A stretch of DNA of 64,000 bases from Escherichia coli. GTDB lineage: Bacteria > Pseudomonadota > Gammaproteobacteria > Enterobacterales > Enterobacteriaceae. The notes beneath the pieces were generated by a model that searched no databases, was not told the origin of the DNA, and saw nothing but the letters and a program-made list of their open reading frames with translations. The DNA lies in assembly GCF_044324875.1 (NCBI RefSeq), contig NZ_CP172185.1. The stretch is one strand, 5' to 3'. The translations under genes were made by a program, and so were the position numbers. Positions 59,413 through 64,000 of this stretch are shown in pieces. Position 1 is the first letter of the stretch. Every line of letters begins with the position of its first letter.

Positions 59413-60615
59413 TCAACTCCTGTCATGGAAAAGTGGTTGCCAGAGGTCGATTAGCCCCTGCATCAAGCCACCGCGCCAACAAAGCGCATCATGTCCGCCG
59501 TCAACCTGACGCCAGAAAATGGATTCTTTTATGGGGTGTAATTGCGCATACAGCGCCTGATTGGCCCGCATGATCATCGGCTCGCGAATACCCGCTTCCA
59601 GCACAATGCGCAGACCTTCGGCGCTAACTTCACCAGCTTTAAGTTGCTCAAGTAAAACACCTTCTTGCTGCCCGCCCCGATGCGGCCACCAGTACGATCC
59701 TGACTGGCTTAATACACAGCCAAAGCGTTCAGGCCAGTGCAGTCCGGCATACAGCGCGGAAAGCCCACCAAAACTCTGCCCGGCGACTACGGTGCGATCG
59801 GCGCGATCGCTAAAAGGGGCAATAGCTTTCACCAGGGGTAATAACTCTTGCTGTACTGCCAGCCAGAAATCCGCATTACACGGCAGTTCGTGGGCGCGGT
59901 GCGTGGTGTCAATAGCGTCGATCAACACATACACGGCGGGAGGAAGTTGCTGACGATGGGTCAACGAAGTCAGCACAGGCCAGACAGGCATACTCTGCGC
60001 CCAAAATTCGCCATCGAGCAAAACTGCCAGCGGGCGTTCTCCTGCTGTTGCATCGCCGGTGGTAAAAATCCATACACGGCGTGAATTTTTCAACCGCTCA
60101 CTTTTCCAGATAATTTCTTTGGCAGGCGTTTCTGGCGCTTGCGGACAATCCCATCCCGGTTGTAGGGGCGCTTGCGGCATTTCGAGTGCAGAAACAGCGT
60201 GCCCTCGCCCGCCTTTCCAGCTTTGTGGATTCAGCGGATCGGCTATCGCCTGGGGCAATAGTTTTCGCCAGCCTTCACGTAATTCGAGGCGATCGGGGGA
60301 TGGTGCAGAAAAAATGTCATCGCGTTCGGTGGGAATAAAACAGTAGCTGCCGCGCCAGTTGGCATTAAGTTGTGTCGTCCACTGCCAGACGTTGGTACCT
60401 GCAATTCGCTGCATCGACTGGGGCTGGCTGTTCTGATGGTGATCGGTCACACCAGTGACGTAGACCCATACCCGCTTTATCGTCGAGTATTCTTCAGAAC
60501 CTTGGGGATCACGCCACCAGAAAGTGACCTCAAACATTTCGTCATTCAGACGCTGCCATTCCGGGCCATGTTTCGACTGCCACCAGCTCTCACTTCCTAC
60601 TTTTAACGCCGTCAC
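59413..60615 (-). CDS. fes: enterochelin esterase
   Basis: 400-aa ORF, GTG start; esterase motif GQSFGG. Confidence 0.9.
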   Translation of the reverse strand: MTALKVGSESWWQSKHGPEWQRLNDEMFEVTFWWRDPQGSEEYSTIKRVWVYVTGVTDHHQNSQPQSMQRIAGTNVWQWTTQLNANWRGSYCFIPTERDDIFSAPSPDRLELREGWRKLLPQAIADPLNPQSWKGGRGHAVSALEMPQAPLQPGWDCPQAPETPAKEIIWKSERLKNSRRVWIFTTGDATAGERPLAVLLDGEFWAQSMPVWPVLTSLTHRQQLPPAVYVLIDAIDTTHRAHELPCNADFWLAVQQELLPLVKAIAPFSDRADRTVVAGQSFGGLSALYAGLHWPERFGCVLSQSGSYWWPHRGGQQEGVLLEQLKAGEVSAEGLRIVLEAGIREPMIMRANQALYAQLHPIKESIFWRQVDGGHDALCWRGGLMQGLIDLWQPLFHDRS

Positions 60616-60666
60616 ACCATAACCCCATGTTTACTGTGCAATTTTTCATTGATTGCAGAAATATAT

Positions 60667-60701
60667 TGATAATATTATTGATAACTATTTGCATTTGCAA
60701 T
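60667..60701. promoter_or_regulatory. Fur box(es) in the divergent fes/fepA control region
   Basis: GATAATATTATTGATAACTATTTGCATTTGCAAT, overlapping iron-box hexamer repeats. Confidence 0.65.
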
Positions 60702-60857
60702 AGCGTAATGGCGCGCCGTGGGAAGCGCGGACATTAATTAACCAACTGCACTGCGTGTCTTTCAGGATCAAAGGTTTTCGCGGTAGCGGGATGCGTCGTG
60801 TTGATGACGACCATGCCCGACAGTTGCAATTCGTGGCAAAAATGCAGGAATAAAACA

Positions 60858-63098
60858 ATGAACAAGAAGATTCATTCCCTGGCCTTGTTGGTCAATCTGG
60901 GGATTTATGGGGTAGCGCAGGCACAAGAGCCGACCGATACTCCTGTTTCACATGACGATACCATTGTCGTTACCGCCGCCGAGCAGAACTTGCAGGCACC
61001 TGGCGTTTCGACCATCACCGCAGATGAAATCCGCAAAAACCCGGTTGCCCGCGATGTGTCGGAGATCATCCGTACCATGCCAGGCGTTAACCTGACCGGT
61101 AACTCCACCAGTGGTCAGCGTGGGAATAACCGACAGATTGATATTCGCGGCATGGGTCCGGAAAACACGCTGATTTTGATTGACGGCAAACCGGTAAGCA
61201 GCCGTAACTCGGTGCGTCAGGGCTGGCGTGGCGAGCGCGATACCCGTGGTGATACCTCCTGGGTGCCACCTGAAATGATTGAACGTATTGAAGTTCTGCG
61301 TGGTCCGGCAGCTGCGCGTTATGGCAACGGCGCGGCGGGCGGCGTGGTTAACATCATTACCAAAAAAGGCAGTGGTGAGTGGCACGGCTCGTGGGACGCA
61401 TATTTCAATGCGCCAGAACATAAAGAGGAAGGTGCCACCAAACGCACTAACTTTAGCCTCACCGGTCCGCTGGGCGACGAATTCAGCTTCCGCTTGTATG
61501 GCAACCTCGACAAAACTCAGGCTGACGCGTGGGATATCAACCAGGGCCATCAGTCCGCGCGTGCCGGAACGTATGCCACGACGTTACCAGCCGGGCGCGA
61601 AGGGGTAATTAACAAAGATATTAATGGCGTGGTGCGCTGGGACTTCGCGCCTCTGCAATCACTCGAACTGGAAGCGGGCTACAGCCGCCAGGGTAACCTG
61701 TATGCTGGCGACACCCAGAACACCAACTCTGACTCCTATACCCGCTCGAAATATGGCGATGAAACCAACCGTCTGTATCGCCAGAACTACTCGCTGACAT
61801 GGAACGGCGGCTGGGATAACGGCGTGACCACCAGCAACTGGGTGCAGTACGAACACACCCGTAACTCGCGTATTCCGGAAGGTCTGGCGGGCGGTACCGA
61901 AGGGAAATTTAACGAAAAAGCGACACAGGATTTCGTCGATATCGATCTCGATGACGTGATGCTGCACAGCGAAGTTAACCTGCCGATTGATTTCCTCGTT
62001 AACCAGACGCTGACGCTGGGTACGGAGTGGAATCAGCAGCGGATGAAGGATTTAAGTTCCAACACCCAGGCGCTCACTGGGACGAATACCGGCGGTGCTA
62101 TTGATGGCGTGAGTGCCACCGACCGTAGCCCGTATTCAAAAGCAGAAATTTTCTCGCTATTTGCCGAAAACAATATGGAGCTGACTGACAGCACCATCGT
62201 AACGCCGGGGCTGCGTTTCGATCATCACAGCATTGTTGGCAATAACTGGAGTCCGGCTCTAAACATATCGCAAGGTTTAGGCGATGACTTCACGCTGAAA
62301 ATGGGCATTGCCCGTGCTTATAAAGCGCCGAGTCTGTACCAGACTAACCCAAACTACATTCTCTACAGTAAAGGTCAGGGCTGCTATGCCAGCGCGGGCG
62401 GCTGCTATCTGCAAGGTAATGATGACCTGAAAGCGGAAACCAGTATCAACAAGGAGATTGGTCTGGAGTTCAAACGCGACGGCTGGCTGGCGGGCGTCAC
62501 CTGGTTCCGCAACGATTATCGCAATAAGATCGAAGCAGGCTATGTTGCTGTAGGGCAAAACGCAGTCGGCACCGATCTCTATCAGTGGGATAACGTGCCG
62601 AAAGCGGTGGTTGAAGGTCTGGAAGGATCGTTAAACGTACCGGTTAGCGAAACGGTGATGTGGACCAATAACATCACTTATATGCTGAAGAGTGAAAACA
62701 AAACCACGGGCGACCGTTTGTCGATCATCCCGGAGTATACGTTGAACTCAACGCTGAGCTGGCAGGCACGGGAAGATTTGTCGATGCAAACGACCTTCAC
62801 CTGGTACGGCAAGCAGCAGCCGAAGAAGTACAACTATAAAGGTCAGCCAGCGGTTGGACCGGAAACCAAAGAAATCAGCCCGTACAGCATTGTTGGCCTG
62901 AGCGCGACCTGGGATGTGACGAAGAATGTCAGTCTGACCGGCGGCGTGGACAACCTGTTCGACAAACGTTTGTGGCGTGCAGGTAATGCCCAGACCACGG
63001 GCGATCTGGCAGGAGCCAACTATATCGCCGGTGCCGGGGCGTATACCTATAACGAGCCGGGACGTACGTGGTATATGAGCATTAATACTCACTTCTGA
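60858..63098 (+). CDS. fepA: TonB-dependent ferrienterobactin outer-membrane receptor
   Basis: ORF 60798..63098 trimmed to MNKKIHSLALL start (746 aa); signal peptide; TonB box DTIVVTA; C-terminal ...NTHF. Confidence 0.95.
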   Translation: MNKKIHSLALLVNLGIYGVAQAQEPTDTPVSHDDTIVVTAAEQNLQAPGVSTITADEIRKNPVARDVSEIIRTMPGVNLTGNSTSGQRGNNRQIDIRGMGPENTLILIDGKPVSSRNSVRQGWRGERDTRGDTSWVPPEMIERIEVLRGPAAARYGNGAAGGVVNIITKKGSGEWHGSWDAYFNAPEHKEEGATKRTNFSLTGPLGDEFSFRLYGNLDKTQADAWDINQGHQSARAGTYATTLPAGREGVINKDINGVVRWDFAPLQSLELEAGYSRQGNLYAGDTQNTNSDSYTRSKYGDETNRLYRQNYSLTWNGGWDNGVTTSNWVQYEHTRNSRIPEGLAGGTEGKFNEKATQDFVDIDLDDVMLHSEVNLPIDFLVNQTLTLGTEWNQQRMKDLSSNTQALTGTNTGGAIDGVSATDRSPYSKAEIFSLFAENNMELTDSTIVTPGLRFDHHSIVGNNWSPALNISQGLGDDFTLKMGIARAYKAPSLYQTNPNYILYSKGQGCYASAGGCYLQGNDDLKAETSINKEIGLEFKRDGWLAGVTWFRNDYRNKIEAGYVAVGQNAVGTDLYQWDNVPKAVVEGLEGSLNVPVSETVMWTNNITYMLKSENKTTGDRLSIIPEYTLNSTLSWQAREDLSMQTTFTWYGKQQPKKYNYKGQPAVGPETKEISPYSIVGLSATWDVTKNVSLTGGVDNLFDKRLWRAGNAQTTGDLAGANYIAGAGAYTYNEPGRTWYMSINTHF

Positions 63099-63136
63099 TG
63101 CTAACGTCAGATTGTTGACAAAGTGCGCGTAGTTCA

Positions 63137-63236
63137 TGCCGGATGCGGCGTGAACGCCTTATCCGGCCTACAAAAATCTTGCCAATTCAATATATTGCAG
63201 GACCACGTAGGCCTGATAAGCGTAGCGCATCAGGCA
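63137..63236. repeat. BIME: two REP elements in opposite orientation downstream of fepA
   Basis: TGCCGGATGCGGCGTGAACGCCTTATCCGGCCTAC at 63137 and GTAGGCCTGATAAGCGTAGCGCATCAGGC at 63207. Confidence 0.75.
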
Positions 63237-63263
63237 GTTTTGCGTTTGTCATCAGTCTCTAAT

Positions 63264-63893
63264 ATGGTCGACATGAAAACTACGCATACCGCCCTCCCCT
63301 TTGCCGGACATACGCTGCATTTTGTTAAGTTCGATCCGGCGAGTTTTTGTGAGCAGGATTTACTCTGGCTGCCACACTACGCACAACTGCAACACGCTGG
63401 ACGTAAACGTAAAACAGAGCATTTAGCCGGACGGTTCGCTGCAGTTTATGCGCTGCGGGAATATGGCTATAAATGTGTGCCCGCAATCGGCGAGTTACGC
63501 CAACCTGTGTGGCCTGCGGAGGTATACGGCAGTATTAGCCACTGTGGGGCTACGGCATTAGCCGTGGTATCTCGTCAACCAATTGGCATTGATATCGAAG
63601 AGATTTTCTCTGTACAAACCGCAAGAGAATTGACAAACAACATTATTACACCAGCAGAACACGAGCGACTCGCAGAATGCGGTTTAACCTTTTCTCTGGC
63701 GCTGTCACTGGCATTTTCCGCCAAAGAGAGCGCATTTAAGGCAAGCAAGATACAGGCGGCTCAAGGTTTTCTGGATTATCAGATAATTAGCTGGAATAAA
63801 CAGCAGATCATCATTCGACTAGAGGATGAGCAGTTTGCTGTGCACTGGCAGATAAAAGAAAAAATAGTCATAACGCTGTGCCAACACGATTAA
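63264..63893 (+). CDS. entD: enterobactin synthase 4'-phosphopantetheinyl transferase
   Basis: ORF 63123..63893 runs upstream through the REP elements and is trimmed to MVDMKTTHT (alternative ATG at 63273); PPTase motifs GIDIEE and FSAKESAFKA. Confidence 0.85.
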   Translation: MVDMKTTHTALPFAGHTLHFVKFDPASFCEQDLLWLPHYAQLQHAGRKRKTEHLAGRFAAVYALREYGYKCVPAIGELRQPVWPAEVYGSISHCGATALAVVSRQPIGIDIEEIFSVQTARELTNNIITPAEHERLAECGLTFSLALSLAFSAKESAFKASKIQAAQGFLDYQIISWNKQQIIIRLEDEQFAVHWQIKEKIVITLCQHD

Positions 63894-64000
63894 TTGACAA
63901 CATCTGGTACGATTCGCCCGCAGCCATCACTGACCACGGGCGAAAGTGTAAAGCAGGTGCCTTACCATCCTGACCTGACAACCGGATATGCGGGGATTAC

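Noticed and set aside
63123-63263. ORF-track start of entD at 63123
   Set aside because: This stretch is composed of REP palindromes; the recognisable EntD N-terminus begins at the ATG at 63264 (or 63273)

Overview
This window reads as an Escherichia coli-type chromosomal segment, colinear with the K-12 leuS-to-entD interval but on the opposite strand. Gene identities come from reading the supplied ORF translations against remembered E. coli proteins and motifs; no database search was run. Several ORF-track N-termini were trimmed to the internal start that matches the known protein. Gene order: leuS-lptE-holA-nadD-cobC; rsfS-rlmH-mrdA-mrdB-rlpA-dacA-ybeD-lipB-ybeF-lipA; tatE, ybeM, crcB, cspE, pagP; dcuC; dpiB-dpiA divergent from citCDEFXG-citT; rna, rnk, uspG; ahpC-ahpF; dsbG; ybdO-ybdN-ybdM; ybdL; ybdH; ybdD-cstA; then the full enterobactin cluster (entH-entA-entB-entE-entC, fepB, entS, fepD-fepG-fepC, fepE, entF-ybdZ-fes, fepA-entD). 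I see no rRNA, tRNA, CRISPR array, IS element or prophage. Most of the window is well-characterised core genome. The best candidate for an uncharacterised system is the overlapping ybdN-ybdM pair (PP-loop/PAPS-reductase-like enzyme plus ParB/Srx-like DGFHR protein) behind the AT-rich LysR gene ybdO. Lesser observations: a short rnk-uspG spacer with a 29-codon membrane micro-ORF where K-12 is recalled to carry ybdR, an intact ybeM, and structured spacers in ahpC-ahpF and entF-fepE.
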